Of a stretch of DNA of 64,000 nucleotides, positions 38,324-50,870 are shown piece after piece. The stretch is from positions 3,418,398 to 3,482,397 of the forward strand of contig NW_003314266.1 of the NCBI RefSeq assembly GCF_000143415.4, in the 5' to 3' direction. The position numbers and the translations under genes are program-made. Within the stretch, counting starts at the first letter, position 1; every line of letters starts with the position of its first letter. Below the pieces are notes generated by a model. It saw only the letters and a list, made by a program, of their open reading frames with translations, was not told the origin of the DNA and ran no database searches. This DNA is from Selaginella moellendorffii. Taxonomy: Eukaryota; Plantae; Lycopodiophyta.

Positions 38324-40440
38324 ATGTCTTACTACTCCTCCTCCTCGAGCTTTGGAGCCGCGGATTCGATGGCCAAGATCGCCCAGCAGCAGCTGGAATC
38401 ACTCCCCGATCCCAGCGATGGCGACCAGGACGACGATTTCGTGGCCGGCCTGGTGGAGCAAATGGCGCACTCGATGCTGGACGAGGAAGAGTGCGGCGGG
38501 GACGAAGGATACCCCGCCACTAACGCCGCCGCAACACCGCTGTGGCCGCCGCTCCACGAAACTCAGGTGTGCTAACAGCTTGAACCGCGAGCGAGAGAGA
38601 AAAGGAAGGAATGTAGCTTAGATTTGGTGTTGGGTTCTTCTTGTTTGTCTCTTCCTCGCTTGTTTCTTGCTGTTCTTCTCCGTAGCGAGAGATTCTCATC
38701 GATTCTTTGGTGGTTTTTTTTTTTCTTTGTAGCGGAGAAGCGGGTGGAGCTCCACGAAATCCAGCCCCAGCCCCGCGGTATCGCCGCCGACGCCGCTCCA
38801 CCACTTCGGTCACGAATCCGAGCCGCCGCCGCCGCCTCGCGGCAGCGATGCGTGGGAGCTGCTCCATCTGGCGGCGCAGGAAGTGATGCGTCTCAAGATG
38901 GGCGGCGGCGGCGGGGGTGGCGGCGGTGGCGGCGGAGAGTTTCCTTGTTCTTCTTCGTGTTCTTTCTCTTCTTGTTCTTCTTCTTCCTCTGCCGGCACTT
39001 GCTCCTCGCCGCCATCTTCGTCGAGTTCCTCGTTTTCTCGCGACGAGATCCGAGCTTACAACCGAGCCGCGTCAATGTACCACTCGATCGGCACCGCCAA
39101 GAACAGTGGCATCGTCGAGTGCTGTGGAAGCAAGCCTGTTGGTTGTGCGTTTGGGCAGCAGCAACTTGACTGGAAGCAGCAGCAGCAGCAGCGAAGTACT
39201 CAGCGCCATTACCAGGTATGATCGAGCTCTTTCGTTGCAAAGTTCGTTTTTTTTTTTTTGTTTTTTTTTCCGTGTTCTTGGGCGTGCTCTGCCAGTTTCT
39301 CTGGTGTGTTGAGAATCGTACAGACATTTTGATTTGTTTGATGGATCGTTATCTTTGTTGGTCGCCCAGAGCGCGTGACCCTGTGGATTTGTGGATTCAT
39401 GCGTGTTTGCTTGTACATCGATCTCCTCGCTTTCACTTTTCTTTGTCAAGTTTAGTGGTGTTTTTGTTAAGTTCGTTCTTGGTTTCTCAGTGCGCGTTCC
39501 TTAGATTTAGATTTTATCTCTGTGCTTTCGAGGGCGATGATTAAATGGGATTTGATGCGTTGGTGCTACTTTTGTCAGTGTTGCTTTAGATTGTCTTGGT
39601 GTTTGAACTCAAAGTTTAGATTTTTAATGCTTGTTCTTTCTCGTGGTTCTTCGTTCGTTTGGAACTCAAGTTTTTGCGATGATTCCTTGCGCAGAATGCT
39701 TTGAATCCAGCAGCTGGGATCGTTCCAGTCGCCTGGAACAGGCGAGCTCGATCACCTCGATCTCTCCAGCAGCAGCAGCAGCAGCAGCAAGCTCGACATA
39801 TCGCGAGCAGCCGGAACTTGCATCAAACTTCTTCCACTCGATCATCAAACATCCACCACTCGGCGTCATCGCTCTTCTCGTCACAATGGCCAGCGGCATC
39901 CAGCGTGAAGTCTCACACCACCGCCACCACCGCCAATGGCGGCACTGGAATGCGAGCCGTGTTCTTGAGAGGCCCCGGATTCGGAAGCAGCACCTCCAAC
40001 GGGACGGGAGTGTTTCTCCCGCAAGCCACCGCTCCCACTGCCAGCAGCAATCGCGATCCACAAAAACGAAAGCCACGTAAGTGAAGTGATCATCTCTTGA
40101 TGGTCAAGAAGTTCTCACCGTTTTAAATTGCTCTTCGTTTGATCCATCCATCCAGCTTGCTCCACGGTGCTACTCCCTTCCCGGATAGTCGAAGTTCTCA
40201 ACCTCAACGTCGATGATCTGGAGTGCCAGCCGCATCCATCGCTTGGTACCACTGGTAAGTTCTCGCAGAGTTCTTCCCAAGTTCTTGGATTGACATAGAT
40301 TTTGGTGCTGGAACGTCACAGATCACTCGAGCAGCGATGATTACCTGAGCGTCCATCTCTCCAAATCCTACTCGGCGTGCTCTCCAACGCGGTGGCACTC
40401 CACTGCGGAGCACGCTCTCCCAACGGAGTGGACTTACTGA
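38324..40440 (+). CDS. Uncharacterised conserved plant protein (MRAVFL / GTGVFLP / STVLLP / EWTY* family), 5 exons
   Basis: Motifs DDFVAGLVEQMAHSML, GMRAVFL, GTGVFLP and CSTVLLPSRIVEVLNL, with terminal LPTEWTY* reached by splicing. Confidence 0.8.
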
Positions 40441-40753
40441 GAGCTAGCGAGCTCGAGCTAGCGCATCACAGCCGTCCATCCAGAGGCCATCCTCACCGGA
40501 GCCGTCCGATCCCTCGTCATGTGGATAGAAATAAGTACCAGGGTCTCTTCTCACTTTCATACAAACTCTATGATAGCTTGTAAGATTTTTTGAATAAAAC
40601 ATAGTCCTTTGAGTATATTCTCTAGATGGATATTTTTTTAGGGTTCTTGGGAGAAAAGAGCCCTAAAATCAATGGAATATCCGTTAGGGCTAGTTCGCTG
40701 TCCGATCACTATCCACGCATCTCTCCGGCCAGGTCTTGGAAGCTAGCGCTGCT

Positions 40754-42133
40754 ATGGATAATCTCGCGGCAGCGCTCTCGATGGACAATCTCGCGGCGGT
40801 GCTCGCCAGCGGCGGCACCCAGCCCAACATTCTCGGCCCCGTGGTGCCCCTTCTCAAGATCCTGTGTATGTGCATGGTCGGCCTCCTCCTCACACATCCA
40901 CGAATCGGCGTCCTCGGCCCGGATTCCTGCAAGCTCCTCAGCAAGCTCGTCTTCGCGCTCTTCCTCCCCTGCCTCATCTTCACGGAGCTGGGCAAATCGG
41001 TCACTCCCAAAAACATGCGCGACTGGTGGTTCATCCCCGTCAATGTCCTCGCCAGCTACTTGATCGGCTGCGTCGTCGGCTACCTCGTCGCGATCCTCTG
41101 CCGCCCGCCCCCCCGGCTCTTCCGATTCACGGTCGCCATGACAGGGATCGGCAACACCGGCAATCTCCCCCTCTCGATCGTCGGCTCCGTGTGCCATGGC
41201 TGGAATCCATTCGGCAAGCAGTGCAAGCGATCCGGGGTGGCCTACGTCTCCTTCGCGCAGTGGGTCGCGGTGATCGTGCTCTACGTCTTCGTCTATCATA
41301 TGCTGGAGCCGCCGCGGGATTACTACTGCTACATCGATGAGCTGGGTCGCGGCGAGGAGATCATCGATCAAGAGAGTGGTGTCCAGGAAGAGGAAGAAGA
41401 GGAGATCCAGGTGGCCCAGATGCCCGATTTCGTGGAGGCCGAGTGGCCGGGCGTCAAGGACGCCGGCACCGAGGAGACGAGGACGCCATTCCTGGATCGG
41501 ATCTTCCGGCGCGCGTCTTTCAACGAGAGGAGGGATCCGGTGGTGGAGGATCACGAGAGAGTGCGGTGCTTGCGCGAGCCGAGGGTGGTGAGGAAGATGA
41601 GGATCTTGGCGGAGAGGACGCCGCTCCAGCACATGCTCCAGCCGCCGACGGTGGCGTCGCTGCTGGCGATCCTGGTGGGATCCGTGCACTACTTGCAATC
41701 GGTGGCGTTTGGCGAGGGCGCGCCGCTCGAGTTCTTCACGGATGCGCTCACGATCCTGGGCAATGCGATGGTTCCTTGCGTGCTCTTGGTTCTCGGGGGG
41801 ATGTTCTCCGGGGGTCCGGCAAAATCGGAGCTGGGGCTGCGCACCACAGTCGGGATTTGCGTCGCACGGCTCGTCGTGCTGCCCGCGATTGGGATTGGAG
41901 TGGTGGTGGCTGCCAATCGGGGAGGATTTCTCCCCCAGGGCGATAAGATGTTCCATTTCGTGCTGCTGCTCCAGCACGCCATGCCCAGCTCGATCTTGAT
42001 GGCGGGATTGACGAGCGTGAGGGGATATGGCGAGAAGGAGGCATCGTCGGTGCTGTTCTGGCAGCACATCTTCTCTGTGGTGTCGCTCGCGGGTTACATT
42101 GGGATCTACTTCAAGTACATTAGCTACATATGA
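40754..42133 (+). CDS. PILS2: PIN-LIKES auxin efflux carrier family protein (PILS2-like), intronless
   Basis: LSKLVFALFLPCLIF, WWFIPVNV, GNTGNLPL, PPTVASLLAI, AMVPCVLLVLGG and FVLLLQHAMPS. Two hydrophobic halves separated by a central loop. Confidence 0.92.
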   Translation: MDNLAAALSMDNLAAVLASGGTQPNILGPVVPLLKILCMCMVGLLLTHPRIGVLGPDSCKLLSKLVFALFLPCLIFTELGKSVTPKNMRDWWFIPVNVLASYLIGCVVGYLVAILCRPPPRLFRFTVAMTGIGNTGNLPLSIVGSVCHGWNPFGKQCKRSGVAYVSFAQWVAVIVLYVFVYHMLEPPRDYYCYIDELGRGEEIIDQESGVQEEEEEEIQVAQMPDFVEAEWPGVKDAGTEETRTPFLDRIFRRASFNERRDPVVEDHERVRCLREPRVVRKMRILAERTPLQHMLQPPTVASLLAILVGSVHYLQSVAFGEGAPLEFFTDALTILGNAMVPCVLLVLGGMFSGGPAKSELGLRTTVGICVARLVVLPAIGIGVVVAANRGGFLPQGDKMFHFVLLLQHAMPSSILMAGLTSVRGYGEKEASSVLFWQHIFSVVSLAGYIGIYFKYISYI

Positions 42134-42222
42134 ATCGAGGATCTTTTAAGGCTGATTTTAGGGCTCTTGAGCTTACTCTGTTTTTAGGGTTCTTGACTCT
42201 TTTGCCCAAAAATTTGGGGGCA

Positions 42223-44161
42223 ATGGGCATGGGCGTGGAGGGCGTGAAAGCGCTGCAGCTTGACGATGATGCTTTCATCGCGCTGCTCCGGAAGCTCATC
42301 GGCGAGGCGAAGCATCTCCAGAACAATCCGCCGGAGCTGATCCCGCGGGAGGATCTGGCGGCGCGGCATGTTCTTGAGGTTTTGATGCCGCTCAGCACCG
42401 AGTATGGCGGCCCGCTTGTGGTGAAGCATGTCATCTACACGGAAGGGAGGGGGAATGTGATTGTGGAGTATCCAGGCACGGAAGTTGGGAAGATCGTCTC
42501 CTTCGTTGGCTGCCATATGGACGTTGTCACTGCGAATCCGGACGACTGGGTGAGCTTGAAAATTTGGATTTCTTCTTCGCATTCTCGGATCCGATCTTCG
42601 AGACTTTCTAAGAGGCTGGAGTTCTTCCATTTCTCTGATGAGGTGCCTTTGTTCTTTGTTGTTTCCTTCGCAGGAATTTGATCCTTTTAGTCTGAGTATC
42701 GATGGTGACAAGCTGAGAGGACGAGGAACTACTGATTGCCTGGGACATGTAGCCCTTGTCACTGATCTCATGAGGCAGCTCGCGGAGAAGAAACCCAAGC
42801 TTAAATCGACCGTGGTGGCAGTTTTCATCGCGAACGAAGAGAATTCATCCGTGGTTGATATTGGAGTCGATGGTTTAGTGAAAGACGGGCTTTTGGACAG
42901 CTTAAAGAACGGTCCACTGTAAGTGTCGCTCTTCCTCTTTGTTTTCTTTTTTTTCTTACTACTCTGGTTTTGGTTTTGATCTGCAGGTTTTGGATAGATA
43001 CAGCAGACAAGCAGCCGTGCATAGGGACTGGCGGCATGATCTCTTGGAAGCTCACGGCTTATGGAAAGCTTTTCCATAGCGGCCTTCCACACAAGGTTCG
43101 TTATTTCTCTTCTTCCAACTGAATTCTAGAGTAGGTTTATGTAGGCCATTAATCCGCTTGAGCTTTGTATGGAAGCTATGAAAGAGATCCAGACGCGGTT
43201 CTACTCTGATTTCCCCGCGCATCCAAGTGAAGAACGCTATGGTTTTGCAACACCATCCACGATGAAGCCCACGCAGTGGAGCTGTAAGTATTCTGTGGAA
43301 TACATGACATTTTTAACCTTGAAACTCGTTTTTGAAGATCCCGGAGGTGGAGTGAATCAAATCCCAGGCCAGTGCACGATTTGTGGAGACTGCAGGTCCG
43401 TTTTTTTTTATGTTTTTCTCTAGTAAATGCTCACATAATGCTGATCTATCGTAGGATCACACCATTTTACAAGTGAGCCTCTTAAGCTTGACGATCGGAT
43501 CAGTTGACTAAACTTCTGGTGTGACTAGTGTCCAAGACGTAGTAAAAAAACTCAAGAGCTACGTGGATGATATCAACGCAAATATTGAAAAGCTTGGAGT
43601 TAGGGGCCCGGTTTCTAAGTATACACTACCAGAGGAGGGCCTGAGAGGAAGGTAAGCTCTTTTGTATAAGTTTTGGAATCTTGACAACGCATTTTTTCGT
43701 TTTTTATCGTATTTCCAGATTGACTATGGAATTCGATGAGATGATGATGTCTGGCGTGGCGTGCAATCTTGATTCCCCGGGCTTCCATGCGCTGGCCAAG
43801 GCCACTGAAGAAGTCGTGGGGGTTGTCAAGCCTTACTCCATCACGGGCTCTCTTCCTTTGATTCGTGAGTTGCAGGTATGTGTTTTTCCTTTTCGTTGTT
43901 TCGTTCTCTGACGATCTCTTTCTTTGTATTCGTCGTGCACGACTGATGCTCGATCACAGGATGAGGGCTTTGATGTCCAGACCGCAGGCTATGGTAAGCA
44001 GCTTGAGCGTTTCGTGTGAAGCTTTCAGTTTTGATATGGATATGCCCCGTTTCTCAGGATTGATGTCCACATACCATGCTCGTAACGAGTACTGCTTGCT
44101 GTCTGATATGCGCCAGGGGTTCCAAGTTATGGCCAACATCATCTCGCGCCTAGAAGAGTGA
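42223..44161 (+). CDS. argE: Acetylornithine deacetylase (NAOD, M20 family), ~10 exons
   Basis: HLQNNPPELIP, GCHMDVV, RGRGTTDCLGH, ANEEN, GKLFHSGLPHK, STMKPTQW, YSITGSLPLIREL and TYHARNEYC. Short introns. Confidence 0.92.
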
Positions 44162-44329
44162 CGTGAGCTACAGGGTTATGTCTATAACGCAGAACTTTGG
44201 CTATGGATTTCACAGTACCAAGTCCAGCTGATATAGCTTTCTTGCAAATATTCCAGGAAAACCTTTCAATCCATAAGTTTCTTTTGCATCTCGTGCTGCT
44301 TTGAGGGTTCTTGAGCGCAGCAGCGCAAG

Positions 44330-45945
44330 CATATGCGACTGCAAATCTGAACAACTGGGTAAGCTTTTTCTGGATCAAGGTCGATCTTCGCAATTTTCTT
44401 TTAGTGATCTGTGTAGCGCTTGTAAACGCACAAGCTGATTTTTTCTTCATCCCACGGGTTACTCGAGAAGAACGGTCCATTGTAAGCCTTTTTGGTTCTT
44501 TGTTTCTTTCATCTTTCTCTTTTCTGTATAGATTTGGATAGACACAGCAGACAAGCGACCGTCTGGTGCGAAGATTTCTCAGGCCCCGAAGGTGAAGAAG
44601 ATGGAAGAGAGAGGAGAAGATCGGAAAGGGAATAAAGAAAAAAGCCAAGGTCAAGATCATGAAGCCTCTGCTTTGCATGGAAAATATGAAGCAGATTCAA
44701 ATGCCAGTGTGGGTCCGTTTCTGGATCACACCATTTACAGCGAGCTTCCTTGTATGTTTGATCTGTAAACTCTTGAGTACTTATTTTCAAGGTCACGAAG
44801 AAGTCGTGAAAGTTGTACGTGGCATGGAAACCAAAGCAAGCTAAATTTTCTGAGGCCGCGGCTCCTGCACGATCGGGCTTTGGTCCAGGGCATCCTCAAT
44901 GGCCTTGCTAGATAGATGCAAAATACATGTAAATCTTCGAATGATAAGCAAAATAGATGGAAGACAACCCTCAGTCAGTGCCTTGAACGACACGCTCTTC
45001 CAGCACAGTGAATGGAAACACTTGCATCAATCAAGTTTTGTTTAGACCATCTTCTCAGGGGCTGCTGGGTCTAGGCTGAACCAGCAACTCCAAGCTCATG
45101 CTCTGGATTGACCATGACGCCTAGGAAAGAATTTTCGATTCCAAAGATCAATGCCGAAAGTGCTTTGATAAGGTAGAGGCTCTTTTTTTTTTACCTTCTT
45201 TTCCATCTATCGACATAAGCAACAGAGAATCTCCTCAGCGTGCAGAGAGAGAAAGAGCGAGCTTTTTTGGTCACCGTGGCGCACAATGGGGCATGGGACC
45301 TCTCTCCTCGGTAAGAAGGCGAATCCGGATGACTGGGTAAGCTGGAAAATTTGGTTTTCTTGTTCGCATTCTCGGATCTGATCTTTGAGAATCTCTTTCT
45401 TCTGTTCCAACTGGCTAGAGTTTTTCCATTTCTATTGGAAGTTTTCTTTTTTTTCTGATGAGGTGCCTTTGTTCTTTGTTGTTTTCTTCGCATGAATTTG
45501 ATCCTTTATCTAGACGAGGAACAATTAATTGCCTGGGACACGTAGCGCTTGTCACTGATCTCATGAGGCATCGAGGGACATAGGGCATAGCAACCGGCAT
45601 GATCTCTTGGAAGCTCACGGCTTATGGAAAGTTTTTCCATAGCGGCCTTCCACACAAGGTTCGTTATTTTCTCTTCTTCCAACTGAACTCTAGAGTAGGT
45701 TTATGTTGGGCATTAATCCGAGCTGAAGGAGATCCAGACACGGTTCTACTCTGATTTTCCTGCACATCCAAGTTATCACTATCCACGACGAAGCCCACGT
45801 GGAGCTGTAAGTATTCTGTGGAATACATGACGGTTTTAACCTTGAAACTCGTTCTTGAAGATCCCGCCAGTGCACGATTTGTAAGAAATTGCAGCTCCGT
45901 TTTTTAAGGTTTTCTCCTAGTAAATGGCTGATCTATCTCATAGCA
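44330..45945 (+). pseudogene. Two series of deleted NAOD fragments with foreign inserts
   Basis: Patches match 42530-43460, including introns. Confidence 0.8.
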
Positions 45946-46042
45946 TTTTAAGTTTTAATCACTTGACTAAGTCTATAACGTTTAGATTTAGTAAATTTAA
46001 CACCTTAAAGTGATTAGAATATGTGGTTTAGGTAAGGCTCAT

Positions 46043-47005
46043 ATGGATCTGATACCATGGTGGGAGATCTTTTCGCGTCTGGACAATTGGAGCATAGTCC
46101 GTGCAAGCAGTGTGTGTAAGTCATGGAGGGACATAATCCGATCCCCAGACTTCAAAGCCAGGGGTGTGATGGATCAAGGGGTTTGGATTCTCACTTATGT
46201 CAATGATGTGTTGAGGGCGTGGTGTCCACTCTCAGGCTTTTTTTTGGATGAGCCTTTCCCAAGCTTTGAGCGTCCTTATAGAGTTTTGGCTATTGAGCAT
46301 GGGCTGGTGCTTTTGCGCTGTGGATCGAAGGGCTATGTTGGCAATCCTGTGCTCATGGAATGGAAAGAAATACCTCCCATTGACAAGATATTTCTCAAGA
46401 CGGATAAGGTGGATGAAGAGATCTTGTGGTCTCATAATAAAGTACTATTTAGTGTTGATCGCCAGAAGTACTCCATATATGTTATCAATAGCGACTGGTT
46501 GAACGAGATTTCTGTTCTATATGATTCATCCTTGAGTGCATGGAGAATTGATCCACTTCTTGGTCCGGCTCTAGAAGCTAGAGCTAAACCACAGTATTCT
46601 TTAGCGATAAAGGAGCCGAGAAGTTACATCAGTCATTTCGAGTATAAGGGGCAAAAAACGCTTGAGGTGATTACTAACAACGAGTTCAGTGTCTGGGAAG
46701 AGAGGGATCCATCAATTCGAAAATGTATGAGCGACATTCATAAGACGTTTGAGGTGGATAAGAGTCAGTGGAACTTGGTGGCAAAAATTGGCATACCTAA
46801 GCGCGAAAAATATAATTGTCACTACCTAGAAACCCTGTATTGCTTCTGGTCCAAAGAAGCCCGCCCAAAACTTCGTCCTTTTGTCGTGGACCTGGAAACT
46901 AAAACCGCATATGTTTTCCCACGCAAGTACAGGCGTGACCGATTTTCAAGCACTGTTTATATTCTGATTGGAAAAACCACCCCGGTTCCAGACCAGCTGA
47001 AATAA
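46043..47005 (+). CDS. F-box protein (copy 1), intronless
   Basis: N-terminal LIPWWEIFSRL...ASSVCKSWRDII F-box, HGLVLL..YVGNPVLMEWKEIPP. Confidence 0.85.
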   Translation: MDLIPWWEIFSRLDNWSIVRASSVCKSWRDIIRSPDFKARGVMDQGVWILTYVNDVLRAWCPLSGFFLDEPFPSFERPYRVLAIEHGLVLLRCGSKGYVGNPVLMEWKEIPPIDKIFLKTDKVDEEILWSHNKVLFSVDRQKYSIYVINSDWLNEISVLYDSSLSAWRIDPLLGPALEARAKPQYSLAIKEPRSYISHFEYKGQKTLEVITNNEFSVWEERDPSIRKCMSDIHKTFEVDKSQWNLVAKIGIPKREKYNCHYLETLYCFWSKEARPKLRPFVVDLETKTAYVFPRKYRRDRFSSTVYILIGKTTPVPDQLK

Positions 47006-47105
47006 AGCTTTCGGGATTTGTTAAAGGCCATTGTTATTTGGAATGCCTCATCCACTTTCTAAATTTGTTCTAGGAAGAAAAAATAGAAAAATTACTAATA
47101 TCCAG

Positions 47106-47678
47106 TGGTAGTAGATATACCTAGAATATATTTGAATATTCTAGGATATTTTACCATTTAATGGTTGTTATTCATTTAGATTAATTTTGTATTTATAATT
47201 TATAAACTTTCTTAAACCCTTTCTAGTATATTATTTTTTATTCTATCATCTAATGGTGCAAAAATATTAATCTTGTATTTAAAAATTACAAGCATGCTTA
47301 TAATTATAAACTTTATTTGATCAATTGAATTAATAAGTAAAAATAACACTACTATTAAGAAAATCAACCATTGCTACATGCAAAGAGTAGCAACTAATTT
47401 TTATTTAGTTCTTGTAATATTATATATTAGATATATTTAAATAGTTTGCTATGCATTGCATGTATTAATCTAATTGATATAAACATGTTAATAATTTATA
47501 AACACAAGATTAATATTATTCCATATCAACCATTAGATGGTAGAATAAAAAAAGTATACTAGAAAGTGTTTAAGAAAGTTTATAAATTATAAATACAAGA
47601 TTAATCTAAATAATAACAACCGTTAGATGGTAGAATATCCTAGAATATCTAAACATATTCTAGGCATATTCACTACCA
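47106..47678. mobile_element. AT-rich foldback / MITE-like element with long terminal inverted repeats
   Basis: The left arm (tggtagtagatatacctagaata...) is the reverse complement of the right arm (...tattctaggcatattcactacca) over >150 bp. Related copies at ~48790-49120, 59292-59845, 7460-7640 and 15620-15800. Confidence 0.7.
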
Positions 47679-47849
47679 TCCGCTTAAGCAAACCAAAAAT
47701 CTTAAAATTATTTTTAAAATCCAGAAATTTTATAGTTTTACATCTTGAGGTATTTTTTTTAAGCTTTTATTTCAAAGAGAGCCTGCCATAAACAATGTAA
47801 ATCACATCACACAACACACTTAGAATGATAAAATGAAGATAGACATTAT

Positions 47850-48450
47850 AAGACCGAATAGTAATACAAGGGAGGCATAAGACCACTATACCTACCTTCT
47901 ACACTCCTTATCTTTTGTAATTGAGAGCTCCTCCGATCTGCACAGGTAGATAAGGCTAGGGAGATCCTTCTCGGCCCAAGGAATCCCAGGGAATTGATCC
48001 CACAAAGGCTGGAAGGCTGTGCAGTCGTATAGGACATGAAAGGCGTCCTCTGCCTGGCGGGAGTACAAAGGAGGCAGTCTCAAGGTGCCAAGGTGTTCTA
48101 GTCCTTTCACTGCGAACCAGTGGGCCAAGCCTTGGTGATAGACCCGTCCCATTGAATTCACTGTCAAGCATTAGATTTCATACTTGACAGCCATGAGCGT
48201 TCTCTTGCCCCATGCTTGTTCCATCCACGGTGCAGTTGTCCATGGGACCTTGAATTATCTCCTTGATATCTAGCTTTGTAAATAAGACATTGATAGCATG
48301 CATGGAGAGCTTGGTTTGGAGCTATGACAAGCACGGCTGTGTTCCAATGACATGCTTCATGCAAGGACCTCCAATTGCCAGACCAAAATATTATAGGGTA
48401 TGAGACATTCCTCCTGCATAACTCTGTCGATGAAGGCATAAGCATTTGAT
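47850..48450 (-). mobile_element. Non-LTR retrotransposon (LINE) 3' fragment
   Basis: EDAFHVLYDC..LW resembles the zf-RVT end. Frameshifted. Duplicate at 59907-60480. Confidence 0.5.
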
Positions 48451-49583
48451 GAGGAAGGGAATTTTATAGGGAATATTACTTTTTTTTCACATCAGTCGTG
48501 GATCTCTAGATATTTTTGTTTTCATCTTCTACCATATGTCATATATAACATTCCAATCCAGTACTTCTTCTTGTTTTGCATTTATATATGTGGATGGGTA
48601 GTTTTTGAGCTGAGCTCAAGTTAATGAAAGTCAACAAAAGTCAAAGGAAATCAATACAATCCCCTAACTAACAAAAGTTTAATGGCACTACCTCCTAAAC
48701 CAAAAAATTTTAACTTAAAAATGAGGTGTTTAAGGCATTTCATAAACTTACGTAAATTATTGGTTCAACACTAACTAATCTTTTAGTCTACAAAGAAAAA
48801 TAAATTGCTACGCGTTGCATGTAGCAACGCTTGGTTTGCTTAATACTAGTGTTATTATTACTTATTAATCCAATTGATCAAATAAAGTTTATAATTATAA
48901 GCATGTTTGTAATTCATATATACAAGATTAATTTTATTTCATATCAACCATTAGATGGTAGAATTAAAAAGAATATACTAGAAAAGGTTTAAGAAAGTTT
49001 ATAAATTATAAACATGTTTATAAATTATAAATACAAAATTAATCTAAATGAATAACAACCGTTAGATGGTAGAATATCCTAGAATATCCAAGCATATTCT
49101 AGGTATATCCAATACCATCCCAGTCGTTTGCTTAAGCAAACCAAAAACATCTATTAAACAATATAATTATTATTAAAATCAACATATTCAATCTTCTTCT
49201 ACTTTAACAAAGTAGAAATGGGTATAGTGGAATGCTCTTTCCCTATAGGCTCATGTGGCATATAATATTGTACCATGTGTACCTAATGATATAAAAACAT
49301 TTTAGAACAAATATTATAAATTATTTCAAACACTTGTTGCAAAATCTCCCAAGAATATCCTCACCTAGCTCTGGATCACCTAATACCTAACTCTCAATCA
49401 TGACTGTTTGCTACTGCGGCTCCATAGCTGCTGCAAGCTTGCAGCTCTGTGGCTATACTTAGCTCTGGATCTACTGCATCACAATTTACCAATCATAGTC
49501 AAAAGAGCAAATTTCACTAGTTGCTAACATGTATCGTGATGGCAGTGTATAATTGATAAAGTTTGGATTATAAAGTGGTTATT

Positions 49584-49972
49584 TTACAAAGTAGTGGGGT
49601 ATGATGACTGTCCGTTCATCCCACACATCCCTTCTCCATCCTTTTTCTCGATTTTCATGAATCCATCCTCCCCCCAGGAAGTTCCCCATGAGTTTTTGAT
49701 GATCCAGTCTTCTGTTCCATATCCAATGACCAAGACCGCGTGATTCCGCGAATTGCAGCACTGACCAGAAAGAATTCCCTGGAAAACGATGTAATTAAGT
49801 TAGAAATAAATAGAAATAATATTTGAGATTTTCTTACACTTCTATAGTTCTGGAAGTTTTGGTCGCTGCCACAGATGCCAACGGTCACGGGAGTTTTGGA
49901 GACTGCTTTAATCAGGGCGTCAGCACTGTCCTTTGTGACGTCTTTATAACCAGTGATCTCCGCCACCTTATT
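49584..49972 (-). pseudogene. Inverted 3' fragment (exons 3-4) of the papain protease gene
   Basis: Matches 6541-6941 plus 3' flank (homology ~49362-49993). A frameshifting deletion lies before WIIKNSWG and the 5' half is missing. Confidence 0.9.
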
Positions 49973-49994
49973 CTTTAAAGAACAGAAAACAGCT

Positions 49995-50870
49995 CGGCCA
50001 GAGGTATTCACATGACGACTAGTTTCCACCCTGATTCCTGCCCCTGTATGCGGCTAGCAGATATCACACCTAGGGAGGAACATAATGATATCCTGTCCCA
50101 TTGGATTCACACCGTGTGCATTCTATTGTCCAACCATTTACACAAAGCTTGGGCAATTCACTAGGTGTAGTTGTCCATGGGACCTTGAATGCATCCAATC
50201 CTTAACATCAGACCAATAGCCCCTGTCTTTCATACATAAAACTGCACGCATGGAGAGCTTGTTTTGGGACAGTTTTATATAACTTAGCAACCATGGAGTT
50301 GCTGATCAACAGATGCTACGGAACATGATTCAAGGCTTTAGCTAAATCGACATATCCCAGGAAAAGCACTCGGTTTCACTTGAAGTGTAGCCTCTCAAAC
50401 AGAGAATTATCAATTGGTCAATACAGAGTAAAGCCCGCTTGCCCATTCACATGCAACCCAGTCGTCTCCAGCCAATTGGACAGCTCTCTGTCAATGAGAC
50501 AGGCAAACACCTTTGCAAGTACTCGCCACAGCCACAGCCAGCATCGTGTAGTTGGTTACCATAGGGCGATTATTTGTCTATTAATTGTCCATCAAAATGC
50601 CTATTTTCCGGTAACATCTTAGTCAGGCCTAGAAAGCTCATTGTTTCACTGTGGCTGGTGAGCTTGTGCACAAGTATCCAACCTGAGGGATCTGTGGGGT
50701 TTGGATTGCTTAGTCTGTGCCATGCAATTCCCCACAAGGCTATCACGTGATGGGTTTTCAAAGTCAATAACCTAACCAACGGGTTAGATTTTACCAAAGT
50801 GCTCTGCCCGCCATCTCGAGACACAATATTCTCTCCCGCTGGTGTGCGGGTTAGCCAGTATCCCCCAGAT
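49995..50870 (-). mobile_element. Probable LINE fragment truncating the protease pseudogene
   Basis: Shares segments (gttgtccatgggaccttgaat, gcatggagagctt) with 48230-48320. ORFs are broken. Confidence 0.4.

Larger units (their letters stand above)
44193..48519 (+). repeat. Segmental duplication B, copy 1 (partner 55937-60571)
   Basis: Colinear NAOD fragments, F-box gene, foldback element and LINE fragment, with reciprocal indels. Confidence 0.9.

Noticed and set aside
40709-42067. 452-aa antisense ORF over PILS (likewise 36080-36973 and 42184-43092)
   Set aside because: Shadow ORFs of GC-rich coding sequence with no recognisable motifs.
42223-44161. M20 enzyme as an IAA-amino acid hydrolase forming an auxin cluster with PILS
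   Set aside because: The motifs match plant acetylornithine deacetylase, not the ILR1/IAR3 clade.
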